64,000 nucleotides of DNA from the human T2T-CHM13v2.0 reference genome, Homo sapiens: the NCBI RefSeq assembly GCF_009914755.1, contig NC_060929.1; one strand, 5' to 3'. Positions 15,108 to 32,500 of this stretch are shown here, piece by piece. The notes under the pieces were generated by a model. The model ran no database searches and had not been told where the DNA came from. It saw only the letters and a list, made by a program, of their open reading frames with translations. Each line of letters starts with the position of its first letter. The stretch's first letter is position 1. The translations under genes were made by a program, and so were the position numbers.

Positions 15108-15538
15108 CAGATGACCTTTGAACACCACAGGGGCTAGGGACCCTGCCCACACACAATCAAAAATTCACATATAATTTTTGACTCCTGAAGAACGTAACTA
15201 CTAATAGCCTATTGTAAACTGGAAGCCTTACTAATAAGGTATACAGTTGATTAATATGTATTTTGTATGTTATATTTGTTCTGTACTGTATTTTTACAAT
15301 AAAGAAAGCCAGAGAAAGGAAAATGTTATTAAGAAAATCATAAAGGAGACAAAATATATTTATTATTCATTAAGTGGAAGTAGATCATAAAGATCTTCAT
15401 CTTGTCTTCATGTTGAATAAACTAAGGAGGAGAAAGCAGTGGGGTTGGTCTTTCTGTCTTGAGGGTGGCAGAAACGGAAGAAATTCAAATATAAGTGGAT
15501 CCTCTCAGTTCAAACCCGTGTTGTCTAAGAGTCACCTG
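15108..15538 (-). mobile_element. Tigger2a-like TcMar DNA transposon
   Basis: TIRs cagatgacctttgaacaccac / gtgttgtctaagagtcacctg flanked by TA. Confidence 0.82.
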
Positions 15539-15659
15539 TAATTTTTAAAATCTGAGTAATAATTTTTAGTAGCTAAAAATTCTTAACTGTCATTTAAAAA
15601 TTTTGTTTTGCTGATTTCTATATCATTTAACGTTTTAAAACTTTTTTATTGATGCATAA

Positions 15660-16034
<375 letters not shown>

Positions 16035-16090
16035 ACAGATGGTTTTAAAAGCAGTGTTTATCTTTATGCTTTTTCAGATAAGTTTATACC

Positions 16091-16225
16091 ATGGATAGCA
16101 CAAAGGAGAAGTGTGACAGTTACAAAGATGATCTTCTGCTTAGGATGGGACTTAATGATAATAAAGCAGGAATGGAAGGATTAGATAAAGAGAAAATTAA
16201 CAAAATTATAATGGAAGCCACGAAG
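16091..16225 (+). CDS. POLK: POLK exon 2 (exon starts 16078; ATG 16091), aa 1-45 MDSTKEKCDSY...IIMEATK
   Basis: ttttcag acceptor at 16077, accATGg Kozak, AAG|gtatgt donor; translation matches the recalled N-terminus of human Pol kappa. Confidence 0.97.
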
Positions 16226-16997
16226 GTATGTTTCTTGTTTCTTTTGATGTGTGTAATTTAATGACCTTTTAACTTTCTGTTTCAAAGAAAATCATTTGAA
16301 TATCATTTGTATTTAATATTTCAATATTTTAATATATATTATTTTTAAACTACAAAAGGGTATGGAATAATCTCCCTTCTATTCTGTTGCTCCTACCATC
16401 CAGGTTTCTATTTCACATGCATATAATAGGCATTTAAAACCAAAATAATGTATATGTTCCTGTTCACCTTTTTTTTTAACCCCAGTGGGAGAAATTGTTT
16501 AGGTATTTGGATTTTTTTTTTTCAGTTAATATAACTTGGAGCTCTTTCTGTATAGGTAAATAAAGATCTTCATTCTTTGTATGCCTGTGTGTGTGGATAT
16601 AATGTAATTTATTGAACCATCCAAAAAGTTTATGGATAAATATATGTCATTTGTAGTCTTTTATTTTTACAAACATTACTAGTGAAGTAGGGAATAACGT
16701 ATTTTATAACTTTCTATATGTGCAAGTATAACTGTGGAAGAGATTCCTACAATGGAATTGTTTCACCAACTACACATAGCACAAAAGAATATATGCATGT
16801 GTGATTTTTATGAATTGCCAAATTACCCTCCATGGTGTTTCTATCAATTCACACTTCCACTACAAATATCTGAGAGTATGTATTACCATACTGAAACTGT
16901 GCCAACACAGTGTATTACTAAACTTTTGTATTTGGCAATCTGAGGTAATATAGTATAGCATTAATTTGTATTCCACTTATGAAAAATTAGTTTCATA

Positions 16998-17288
16998 TCT
17001 TTTCTTTTTTTTGAGACAAGGTCTCACTCTGTCACCCAGGCCGGAGTCCAGTAGCACAATAATAGCTCGTTACAGCCTCACCCTGGTCTCAAGTGTTCCT
17101 CCCACCTCAGACTTTGAAGAGCTAGGACAATAGGCACATGCCACCAAGCCTGGCTAACTTTTTATTTTTTGTAGAGAGGCGGTCTCACTATGTTGCCCAG
17201 GCTAGTCTTGATCTGCTGGCCTCAAGCAATCCCTCTACCTTAGCCTCCCAAAGTGCTGGGATTATAGGCATGAGCTACTGTGCCTGGA
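16998..17288 (-). mobile_element. AluJ
   Basis: Diverged Alu. Confidence 0.88.
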
Positions 17289-18949
17289 GCTCTTTTGATA
17301 TTTTAAAAATTATTTGTATTTCATTTTTTATGAACTTTGATTATATATTCTGTATACATATGCACATTCAATAATTAGTTATCTTTTGACTTTGCTTATG
17401 GTAGTTTCTCCTGTTCAGAAATTTTTTGTTTGCTCCATTTTATGTAGTTGAATGTCAACTACATATGGCTTTCTTCAAGGTTATAAAAGAATTCTTTAAT
17501 TTTTTTACCACTTTTTTGTTTCATTTATATATTATAGAATATATATGTATTAATGTGTTATGTGTATTAATGTATATCAATATTAATATACATTATATAT
17601 ACATGATATATAATGTATATTAGTATGTTGTATTATATGTTATGTATATTAATAAACACAATACATGTATTAATATACATGTAGAAAGATGTAAACTTTA
17701 AGAGAATATCCTTGTTCTTAGGAAATGCGTGGTGATGTCCACAGCAACTTACTTTAAAATGGTTTAGCCAAAAGGAGGGGAAAGTGTGTGTGTGTGTATG
17801 TATGTGTGTGTGTATACACTCATACTTCCCCAACATATATACATAGAAGTTGGGGAAGAAATCAAATGTAGCAGGATATTAATTGATGAATCTAGGTAAG
17901 GGTATATAGGTGTTCGTTGTACTATTTTTTCAGCTTTTGCAGATTTGAAAATTCCACGATAAAAAGTTAAGGAATTATTGTTAATTTCATTAGCTATGAA
18001 AATGTTACTGTGATGAAGTGGGAAAATGGCCTTATTTTTAAATGCATACCGAAATCTTCTGTGGAATGGCTAAATATCTTGATATTTATAATTTAAAATG
18101 TTTCACTTGTAATGAAGCATATACAGTAAAATGTTAACAGCTGTTAAATCTGAGTGATAGTTTTATATGTGTTTATTGTATTCATGTTTTTCCTGCGTTT
18201 TCCTGAGACTTTTTTGATATTTTCATCATAAAAATGTTCAAAAAGAATAAAACAAATAAAACCTATGAATCTAGTTCTTAGGTTAAGAAATAGAATATGT
18301 AGGTTACCCTAGATGTCCCTATCTATCTGATCCTCCCTCTCTATTCTCTGTGACCCAGTACAATTTATTAAATAGTCCATTCTTTTCCTACTGATCTGGT
18401 GTGCTTTCTCTTCTGTTCCACTGGATCATTTGCCTGTTTGTATGTAAACAACATGTTTTTTTATTATCATACTTTATAATAAGCCTTGATATCTGCTAGC
18501 ACAATTTCTTTTTTTTTACACTTTGTTCTTTTTCAAGAATATCTTGAGTATTCTTGAAGCTTTGCTTTCATATAAATTTTATGTGATATATATCAAAAAT
18601 ATATAGGTGCATATATAATTGGCACATATCACATGATTGGTATATAAAAATACATAGAATAATATATATTCCTCTAGTGCATGAGGTGAGTTTATCATAA
18701 ATGGTACCTTGTTTAAATTGGAATTTTCTAATTGTTACTATTCCATAGCAATACAATTTACTTTTTACTTTTTTAAAACTCTTATCAGAAAATTTAAAAT
18801 ATATAGAAAATTACAGAGAATAGTAAAGTAAATCCCCATATAATCATCACCCAGCATCAACAATTACCAACATTTTTGCAAATATAGTTATCTATCTTAC
18901 CCTTCCCCTACTGATTTTTGGAGGGAGGAGTATTTTAAAACAAATTCCA

Positions 18950-21065
<2,116 letters not shown>

Positions 21066-21539
21066 CTATGTTCAGTGATGAAATGATGGGCAGTTTTTTG
21101 AATTATTTTCTACATTTTCTTTAATGACTTAACATTAAATATTTGAAAATACCTTGTAAGGAGTATTTTTTTAATGCAATAGATAACTGATGATCCAACC
21201 CACTAAGGCCTTTGATACCCACTGTGGATCCTACCTAGGACATACTGTTCTTTTCTGAATGCAAACCTGTATTCATCTCAGAGAGCTTGTGCTGTGCTAA
21301 GTACTGCTCACAACAATCCTGTGATTTAGTTAACTACTAATAAATTCATCTTACAAATAAAGAAACTGAGATGTAGAAAGATTAAATAATTTTAGGGTCA
21401 CCTAGCTAGTAAGTAGTAGAGCTAAGTTTTAAATTTAATCTTCTGTTTCCTGAGTATGTGCTCTTAGCCACCAGGTTATACTACAGTGATGCTTTCCTTC
21501 AGACATTTTTCTTATGCTTTGTTTTGTTTTCCTCCATAG

Positions 21540-21659
21540 GGGTCCAGATTTTATGGAAATGAGCTCAAGAAAGAAAAGCAAGTCAACCAACGAATTGAAA
21601 ATATGATGCAACAAAAAGCTCAAATCACCAGCCAACAGCTAAGAAAAGCACAATTACAG
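21540..21659 (+). CDS. POLK: POLK exon 3, aa 46-85 GSRFYGNE...KAQLQ (N-clasp)
   Basis: ccatag| acceptor, CAG|gtatta donor, 120 nt, phase 0-0, continues frame. Confidence 0.97.
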
Positions 21660-22879
21660 GTATTAATTAAATTGTTAAATAAAGTGGAAGCTGGTAGAAT
21701 AGTAATTGACAGTTAAAATGTATTGTCAAGTCATAACTGAAAACAAGATGAAATGTAAATGTTCATTATATTGTAAAGCATACATATTCAGCAAATGAAC
21801 ATACTTTACTTTGCTAAGTGTTGCTCTGCTCATTTACATAAAGACTCCACACATAGACATTGTCACCTCTATTATACAGAAGAGTAAATGAAGTCTTAAT
21901 TAAGTTGAGTAACTTGCCCAGCTTGATAGGACAGGTAGTTAGCAGAACTAGGATTTAATCCAAAGCCTATGTTCTTTTTATTGTATACATCGCAGCTAGA
22001 AAAGGCCACGGGATAAATGTGGAATGTTTTCTGCAATGCTGATTTTGCAAAAAAAATTTGAGGAATATGTTAACTAATTAAATTGGAGAGTAACTTAAAA
22101 CATAATCATGTTATAGTAAAATAAAAAGTCACACTATAGATTAGAATGCCAAATGTACATGAACTTTTAAGACAAAACACAAGACTTCTAAAACCTTGGA
22201 AGGTTTTTGCCTTCTCCAGGATCTTTGGGAAGTAAATACTCCAAGTTTCCTCTTCTATTAAAAGTTATTTCAGGAGAAAAGTTTGGAAATATCCAAGTTG
22301 CAGGGCACTGTGTGGTAGACTGACAACTCAAAGCAGTCAAATTTCTGATAGTAAAACAAGTCATGGCAAGAGGAATTTGCTCTTTATCAAAATCTGATCC
22401 AATGTTAACAGAGCTCTATAGTCTATAAGGTAACAATAAAATTAGATTAATCTAATATGCTACAAAATCCTTCTCTTGTGACAGAGTTCAAAGATCATAA
22501 ATTTTATGTTTTCTTTATCAAACTATACAATGTGTGATTTTTTGATACATATGCCTTCTCAGAGCACAAGATAATTTTTAAGTGGTCTTCTATTATGATG
22601 AAAGATGATTTATTTGTCATATCATCATTTTTAATGCTTCACAGCATTCCACTGTGTGGAGGTACCATAATTTATTTACCATATCCCACCTTGGTTTCAG
22701 TTTTTTATTTCATACGCAACCCTGTGATTATCATTCTTATCTTTGTACTCTAGTGCTGTTATTTTGACCAAAGATGGTATCATTTTACATTTTCAACATG
22801 AAAGTATTGATTTTCTCACATAGTTGTAAACCATTAATATTTCCTTATTATGAGAATTTCCTCTTTTATTCTGTTTGCG

Positions 22880-23330
22880 AGTATATACACTAAGTTGCTA
22901 GCACAAGAGACCAAAAATGTAATATTTTAAATAAGAGCTGCTTTCTTTCTCACATAATAAGTGAGTAGTTCTAGCTGGTGAGTGGCTGATTATCATTTAG
23001 AGACCCAGGTTCTTTAAATCATATTGTTCCATCATCCCCTGGTGTTATCCTTACCTGAATTAACAAAAGTGAATTATTTTCCATCCATATTCCATCTCCT
23101 GGTTAAGGAAGAAAGGGAAAATATTGAAGGCAAGTACAGTAATTTGCTATTAAACAAGTGAAAAAGAAGTTGCACACATTACTTCAGCTGACATTCTTTG
23201 GCAAGAATTTAAGTTACATGGCCACACCTAACTGCAGGAGAAGCTATAACTTTAGCTGGGTGCCATGTGCCCAGCTGAAAATCCATTACCATGGAAGGAA
23301 GGAAGAATAGATTTTGGGGTTCAAGCAGCA
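22880..23330. mobile_element. MLT1J/K-like LTR
   Basis: acatggccacacctaactgcaggagaagct motif. Confidence 0.6.
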
Positions 23331-23569
23331 GCCTAAAGCAATGTTTTTTGCCCACATGTCTGGGGGAGTTTATATCTATTTATCTTGATTTATAAGGTCT
23401 TAATATATTAGAGATTTTTTCTTGCCATTTGTTATGAATACTTTTCCAATATATTGTCTTTTAATTTTGTAGTTTTTCCCATATAATTTTTAATGTTTAT
23501 GTAATCAAATCCAGTGACTTTTTTAAAAAAAGATTATATATATATATATCTTCCTTTCCCTTCAAAATT

Positions 23570-24040
23570 TATTTTTTTTAACTTTTAAGTTCAGGGGTAC
23601 ATGTGTAGGTTTGTTATATAAATAAACTGGTGTCGTGGGGGTTTGTTGTACAGATTATTTTGTCACCCAGGCATTAAGCGTAGTACCACTCATTAGTTAT
23701 TCTTCCTGATCCTCTCCCTCCTCCCATCCTCCACCCTCCAGTAGGCCCCAGTGTATGTTGTTCCCTTGTATGTGTCCATGTGGTTTCATGATTTAGCTCC
23801 CACTTATAAGTGAGAACATGCGGTATGTGGTTTCTGTTCCTTTGTTAGTTACTAGGGATAATGGCCTCCATCTCCATCCATGTCCCTGCAAAAGACATGA
23901 TCTCATTCTTTTTTATTGCCACACAGTATTCCATGGTGTATATGTACACAATTTTCTTTATCCAGTCTATCATTGGTGAGCATATAGATTGATTCCATGT
24001 CTTTGCTGTTGTGAATAGTGCTGCAGTGAACAAACACAAG
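23570..24040 (-). mobile_element. L1PA/PB 3' end fragment
   Basis: L1 3'UTR and ORF2 C-terminus (ORF 23845-24039). Confidence 0.85.
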
Positions 24041-24513
24041 CCTGTATAAAAAGACCTTATTTTTCAAAGCAGTTTTAGGTTCACAGCAAAATTGAATAAA
24101 AGGTACAAAGATTTTCCATATACTCCTGTCTCCCCACAGGCATAGCCTCCCCTGCTATCACATCCCCCACCAGAGGGGTACATTTGTTACAGTTTATGAA
24201 TCTACGTTGACACAACATTATCATCCAAAGTTGATAGTTTATATTAGGGTTCAATATTGGTGGTGTACATTCTGTGGGTTTAGACAAATGTACAGTGAGG
24301 TGCATCCACCATTATAGTATCAGACAGAGTAGTTTCCCTGCCCTAAAAAAATACTCTGTGCTCCATCTATTCATCCCTCCCTCCCCCACTAACCCCTGGC
24401 AATCACTGACCTTTTTACTATCTCCATAGTTTTCCCTTTTCCAGAATGTCATATATTAGAATCATACAGGATGTAGCCTTTTCAGACTGATTGTTTTTAC
24501 TTATGCAGTGTAA

Positions 24514-24940
<427 letters not shown>

Positions 24941-25848
24941 TAATTGAGCTATCAAGCTATTTGTCCATTTACCTACTAAAGTTTACTTTGGTTGCTTCTA
25001 AGTTTTGGGAATTATGAATAAAGCTGCTGTAAATATCCATGGCCAGGCTTATGTGTAGACATAAGTTTTCAACTCCTTTAGGTAAATACTAAGGAGCGCA
25101 ATTGCTGGATAATATGGTAAAATAAAAATATGTTTAGCTTTATAAGAAACTGCCAAACTGTCTTCCAAAGCGACCATACCATTTTGTCTTCCCACCAACA
25201 ATGAATGAGGATTCCTGTTGCTAAATATCATTGCCCTCATTTGGTGTTGTCAGTATTGTGAATTTTGGCTATTCTAATATGTGTATAGTGGTATCTCATT
25301 GTTGTTTTAATTTGCATTTCCCTGATGACATATGATGTGGAGCATCTTTTCATGTGCTTATTTGCCATCTGTATATGTTCTTTGTTGAGGTGTCTGTTAA
25401 GGTCCTTGACCATTTATAATCAAGCTGTTTGCTTTCTTATTTTTGGTTTTTAAGAGTTCTTCGTGTATTTTGGGCAACAGACCTGTATCAGATATGTCTT
25501 TTGCAAATATTGTTTCCCAACCTGTGGCTTTTCTTTTTATTCTATTGACAGTATCTTTCACAGAGCAGAAATTTTTAATTTTAATGAAGTCTAGTTTATC
25601 AATTCTTTCTTTCATGGATTGTGCCTTTGGTATTGTATCTAAATAGTCATCATCAAATCCAAGTCCATCTAGATTTTCTCTTATGTTATCTTCTAGGAAT
25701 TTTATAGTTTTGCATTTTACAGTTAGGTCTGTGATTCATTTGAGTTCATTTTTGTGGAGGAAATAACTTCATCTTTTTTTCTTTTTTTTTTTTTTAACAT
25801 GAGGATATCCAATTGTTCCAGCACAATTTGTTAAAAAACTCTTTTCTT

Positions 25849-26174
<326 letters not shown>

Positions 26175-26548
26175 TCATTGCTCCTTTGTCAAAGACCAAT
26201 TGTCTGTATTTATGTGAGTCTATTTCTGGGCTCTGTATTCTGTTTCATTGATCTATTTGTCTATTCTTTTGCCAATACCACACTCTCTTAATTACTGTAA
26301 CTTTATAGTAAGTCTTGAAGTCAAGTAGTTTCAGTCCTTCAGTTTTGTTCTTCTTCTACAATATTTTGTTGGCTAATTGGATCTTTTGCCTCTCCATATA
26401 AATTTTAGACTCAGTTTGTTGACATCCACAAAATAGCTTGCTGGGATTTTGACTAGGATTGCATTGAGTGTATAGATGAAGTTGGGAAGAACTGGCATTT
26501 GATAATAGAGTCTTCCTGTTCATGAACATGGAATATCTCTCCATTTAA

Positions 26549-26729
26549 AGATGCTCCTTGGTTTACAATGGAGTTACATTTGGATAAACCCATTATACAG
26601 TTGAAAAATTGTAAGTCAAACCATCATAAGTCCAGATATTCCCTGACTTAATGGTGGGATTATGTCCAGATAAACCCCTCATAAAGTTGAAAAATCTTAA
26701 GTTGAACCATCATAGGCCAGAGACCGTAT
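26549..26729 (+). mobile_element. Tandem pair of short MER47/Tigger5-type elements
   Basis: Two ~90-bp units, each agat..cc..ttac..tgg..tta..gataaaccc..agttgaaaaat..aaccatcata. Confidence 0.7.
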
Positions 26730-26855
26730 TTAGTTCTTCTTTGCTTTCTTTCTTCAGACTTTGTAGTTTTCCTCATGTTGATCTTGTACATATTTTGTTA
26801 CACTTGTTCCTAAGTATTTCATTTTTGGAGGTTTTAATATAAATTGTAATGTGTT

Positions 26856-27156
26856 TTATGTTTTGTTTTGTTTTTGAGACAGAGTCTCCCTCTGTCACCC
26901 AGGCTGCTGCGTAGTGGGATGACCTCAGCTCACTGCATCTTCCTCTTCCTGGGTTCAAGCAATTCTCCTGCCTCCACTTCCTGGTAGCTGGGATTAGAGA
27001 TGCTCACTGCCATGCCTGGCTAGTTTTTGTATTTTTAGTTGAGACAGGGTTTCACCATGTTGGCCAGGCTGGTCTTGAACTCCTGAGCTCAAGTGATCCA
27101 CCTGCCTCGGCCTCCAAAAGTGCTGGGATTACAGATGTGAGCCAACATGTTGGGCC
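26856..27156 (-). mobile_element. Alu
   Basis: tgtaatgtgtttta TSD. Confidence 0.92.
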
Positions 27157-28562
27157 TGTAATGTGTTTTAAATTTTAAATTTTACTTGTTCATTGATGGC
27201 ATACAGGAAAGTGATTGACTTTTGTATATTAACCTTATATCTTGTAACTGATTATTATCACTTACTAGTTCCAGGAACAATATTCTTATAATTTTTGTTG
27301 TTGTTTTTTTTTTTTGGTCTGGGTATTGTACTTGGAAAATTATTCCTCATAACCATGCCTATGTCTTCTTTTAGTATTTTTATAGCTCTTGGCATACTCA
27401 TATCTTTAGTCAATTTGGAATTTGTTTTGATGTAAAGTGTGAAGTATGTTTTTCTTAAATGGTGTTATGTTTTCCCTGCATAGTATTATTTTCCCTAAGT
27501 GGTGATTCACTTGTCCCAACTCCATTTATTGAATCATGAATCCTTTCTTCACTGAGTTGAAATGAAGTACTTCCAAATTAAAAAATTCTCAATTGTTCTT
27601 TGATTTATTTCTGGACTCTCTCTTCTAATCAATTCAGTCTTTTCCTGTATCAGTACCATACAGTTTTAGTTATTGAACGGTAGGAATATAGTTTAATATT
27701 CTCGCTTGTAACTCTTCTTTAAAATTTTTTTTGTATTTCTCATGCATGTTTCTTTCAAATAAACTTAGGCATCATTTTATCAAGGTTTTAAAAAAATCAG
27801 TTCTATCCACAGTAATATTATTTTAAAATTGATATTAATCCTTAAGCAACGTACTTTCTGGACATTTTCATTTTATTGATCTATAATCTACAAATATATT
27901 TAACAGTTTTAATGATACAGTATATAAGTGATGCTAACAACTGTTAGCTATTCATACTATTTTTAAAGCTCATATCCTTAAATATACTAATAATCTGAAG
28001 GAATAGAAAGTATCTTTCATTGTATAGCAGAATTTAAGATTTTGTTCCAGTTTTGGTTGACTATTTCATCAGAGGCTCTCTGGCATCTTTTGCAACAGGA
28101 ATGGCAGGAAACGTGTTTTATGTTGATTGTTCAATTGTTTCATTTGTTGAGCTTCCTCCAAAAGAATTTGTATAAATGGGAGGAGATTGAGGAAGTTTAA
28201 GGAGTCAAGAAGGCCTGAGAGAACAGAGTTGTTTTCGTAGGAAATGTGTTTCTATTTTAGAGTCTTAAAATTTCCAAGTACTCGATTTTATTATGTGTGA
28301 TATGATAGTATGAACTATTGCTAGTCGAGCTGAGGTAAGCAACTTTTACAGGCATGAACCTCTAGGGTGTTCAGAACCTCTCTAAGTATACTCCACCCTT
28401 TCCCAATCTCAGTGGACTTCTTAAAGCACAGTCATTTTTGTAACTGACAAATTGTTGTATAAGAACATGGGTTCATAAATCAAGTAGACAGATGTTTATG
28501 TTACATTGCATGACAGCTATACAGCAAATCAGTGCATTTTGACCATTTTGGCAATTTATTGA

Positions 28563-28902
<340 letters not shown>

Positions 28903-29129
28903 AACAATTGATTTTATTAACTCAAATTTATTCAACAGTCTTGGGGAAATACTAATTTAAGAAAACAAAACCAAAAAAACACATTATTTCTGAAATAGTC
29001 TCCTCAATGTAATAGAAATGGGATATTTATAAAGAAAATAAGACATAATATGGATGGAAAATATACCATTACAGTTTGATTTGAGTGTATTTCAACATTA
29101 CAGACTTTAAAAAATCTATTATAGGGAAG

Positions 29130-29566
29130 CATCATAACATAATCAAAAACAGACTTCAGAGTAACCTGGTTTCAGTGTTTAGTGCTAACATTTACTAGCT
29201 CTATGACTTAGGGCAAATTACTTACTCTTACTGAGCTTTAGTTTCATCTATAAAATGGGAACAATAATTATGATCTCAGAATTATGACCAGTAAATGAGT
29301 TAACATAGGAAGCACTTAGCATATTATATGACACATATACCCAATAAATGTAACTTCTACTTTATAATTATAGATAATTAAGCCCTTATTGTATCCCTAG
29401 ATAGGTGCATTACATGGGTGTCTCTTTTAATTCTTTCAATAACCTATTGAGGTTGGTTTAGTACCACTTTACAAATAAGGAAAGTAAGCATGAAAGGGGT
29501 TAAATTGCTCCCTGTCCTGTAACTAATGAGTTGCAGTGCTAGGACCCGAACCAAAGCCGTTATTCT
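29130..29566. mobile_element. Two MIRs; the second is the target of the L1PA insertion
   Basis: MIR cores in opposite orientations. Confidence 0.6.
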
Positions 29567-32500
29567 ATTTTTTGTTTCTTTAAAAAAATTTGTTTTTTTA
29601 TTATACTTTAAGTTCTGGGATACATGTGCAGAATGTGCAGGTTTGTTACATAGGTATACATGTGCCACGGTGGTCTGCTGCACCTATCAACCCATCATCT
29701 ACATTAGGTATTTCTACTAATGCTATCCCTTCCCTTGCCCACCACCCCTCAACAGGCCCCAGTGTGTGATATTCCCCTCCCTGTGCCCATATGGTCTCAT
29801 TGTTCAACTCCCATTTATGAGTGAGAACATGCAGTGTTTGGTTTTCTGTTTCTGTGTTAGTTTGCTGAGAATGATGGTTTCCAGCTTCATCCATGTCCCT
29901 GCAAAGGACATGAATTCATTTTTTATGGCTGCGTAGTATTCCATGATGTATATGTGCCACATTTTCTTTATCCAGTCTATCATTGATGGGCATTTGGGTT
30001 GGTTCCAAGTCTGATATTGTGAATAGTGCTGCAGTAAACATACATGTACATGTGTCTTTATAGTAGAATGATTTATAATCTTTTGGGTATATAACTGGTA
30101 ATGGGATTGCTGGGTCAAATGGTATTTCTGGTTCTAGATCCTTGAGGAATCGCCACACTGTCTTCCACAATGGTTGAACTAATTTACACTCCCACCAACA
30201 GTGTAAAAGCATTCCTATTTCTCCACATCCTCTCCAGCATCTGTTGTTTCCTGACTTTTTAATGATTGCCATTCTAACTGGTGTGAGATGGTATCTCATT
30301 GTGGTTTTGATTTGCGTTTCTCTAATGACCATTGATGATGTGCTTTTTTGTTTGTTGGCTGCATAAAGGTCTTCTTTTGAAGTGTCTCTTCATATCCTTT
30401 GCCTGCTTTTTGATGGGGTTGTTTGGTTTTTTCTTGTAGATTTGTGTAAGTTCCTTGTAGATTCTGGATATTAGCTGTTTGTCAGATGGATAGATAGCAA
30501 AAATTCTCTCCCATTCAGTAGGTTGCCTGTTCACTCTGCTGATAGTTTATTCTGCTGTGCAGAAGCTCTTTAGTTTAATTAGATCCCATTTGTCAATTTT
30601 GGCTTTTGTTGCAATTGCTTTCAGTGTTTTAGTCATGAAGTCTTTGCCCATGCCTGTGTCCTGAATGGTATTGCCTAGGTTTTCCTCTAGGGTTTTTATG
30701 GTTTTAGGTCTTATATTTAAGTCTTTAATCCATCTTGAGTTAATTGTTGTATAAGGTGTAAGGAAGGGGTCCAGTTTCAGTTTTCTGAATATGGCTAGCA
30801 AGTTTTCCCAACACCATTTATTAAATAGGGAATCCTTTCCCCATTGCTTGTTTTTGTCAGGTTTGTCAAAGATCAGATGGTTGTAGATATGTGGTGTTAT
30901 TTCTGAGGCCTCTGTTCTATTCTATTGGTCTATATATCTGCTTTGTTACCAGTACCATGCTGTTTTGGCTACTATAGCCTTGTGGTATAGTTTGAAGCCA
31001 GGTAGCATGATGCCTCCAGCTTTGTTCTTTTTGCTTAGGATTGTCTTGGCTATACAAGCTCTTTTTTTGGTTCTATATGAAATTTAAAGTAGTTTTTTCT
31101 AATTCTGTAAAGAAAGTCAGTGGTACCTTGATGGGAATAGCATTGAATCTATAAATTACTTTGGGCAGTATGGCCATTTTTACCATATTGATTCTTCCCA
31201 TCCATGAGTATGGAATGTTTTTCCATTTGTTTGTGTCCTCCTTTATTTGCATGAGCAGTGGTTTGTAGCTCTCCTTGAAGAGGTCCTTCACATCCCTTGT
31301 AATTTGTATTCCTAGGTATTTTATTTATTCTCTTTGTAGCAATTGTGAGTGAGAGTTCACTCATGATTTGGCTCTCTGTTTGTCTATTGGTGTATAGGAA
31401 AGTTTGTGATTTTTGCATATTGATTTGGTATCCTGAGACATTGCTGAAGTTGCTTATCAGCTTAAGGAGTTTTTGGGCTGAGACAATGGGGTTTTCTAAA
31501 TATACAATCATGTCACCTGCAAACAGAGGTAATTTGACTCCCTCTCTTCCTAATTGAATACCCTTTATTTCTTTCTCTTGCCTGATTGCCCTGACCAGAA
31601 CTTCCAATACTATGTTGAATAGGAGTGGTGAGAGAGGACATCCTTGTCTAGTGCTGGTTTTCAAAGGGAATGCTTCCAGCTTTTGTCCATTCAGTATGAT
31701 ATTGGCTGTGGGTTTGTAATAAATAGCTCTTATTATTTTGAGATACGTTCCATCAATACCTAGTTTATTGAGAGTTTTTAGCATGAAGGGGTGTTGAATT
31801 TTATCCAAGGTCTTTTCTGCATCCATTGAGATAATCATGTAGTTTTTGTCATTGGTTCTGTTTATGTGATGGATTACGTTTATTGAATTGCATATGTTGA
31901 ACCAGCCTTACATCCCAGGGATGAAGCTGACTTGATTGCGTTGGATAAGCTTTTTAATGTACTGCTGGATTTGGTTTGCCAGTATTTTATTGAGGATTTT
32001 CGCATTGATGTTCATCAGGGATATTGGCCTGAAATTTTTTTGTTGTTGTTGTGTCTCTCTCAGGTTTTGGTATCAGGATGATGCTGGCCTCATAAAATGA
32101 GTTAGCGGGGAGTCCCTCTTTTTCTGTTGTTTGGAATAGTTTTAGAAGGAATGGTACCAGCTCCTCTTTGTACCTCTGGTAGAATTCAGCTGTGAATTGT
32201 TGTGTTTTTAGTAGAGGTGGGGTTTCTCCATGTTGGTCAGGCTGGTCTTGAACTCCCAACCGCAGGTGATCTGCCCGCTTCAGCCTCCCAAAGTGCTGGG
32301 ATTACAGACGTGAGCCACTGTATCTGGCTGTGAATCTGTCTGGTCCTGGACTTTTTTTTGGTTGGTAGTCTGGCTAGCAGTCTGCTTATTTTGTTAATCT
32401 TTTCAAAAAAACCAGCTCCTGAACTCATTGATTTTTTTAAGGGATTTTCGTGTCTCTATCTCCTTCAGTTTTGCTCTGATCTCAGTTATTTCTTGTCTTC

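Noticed and set aside
31149-31838. 229-aa ORF with reverse-transcriptase motifs
   Set aside because: Fragment of the broken L1 ORF2 (FAGDM in place of FADDM, frameshifted); not a functional RT or a novel system
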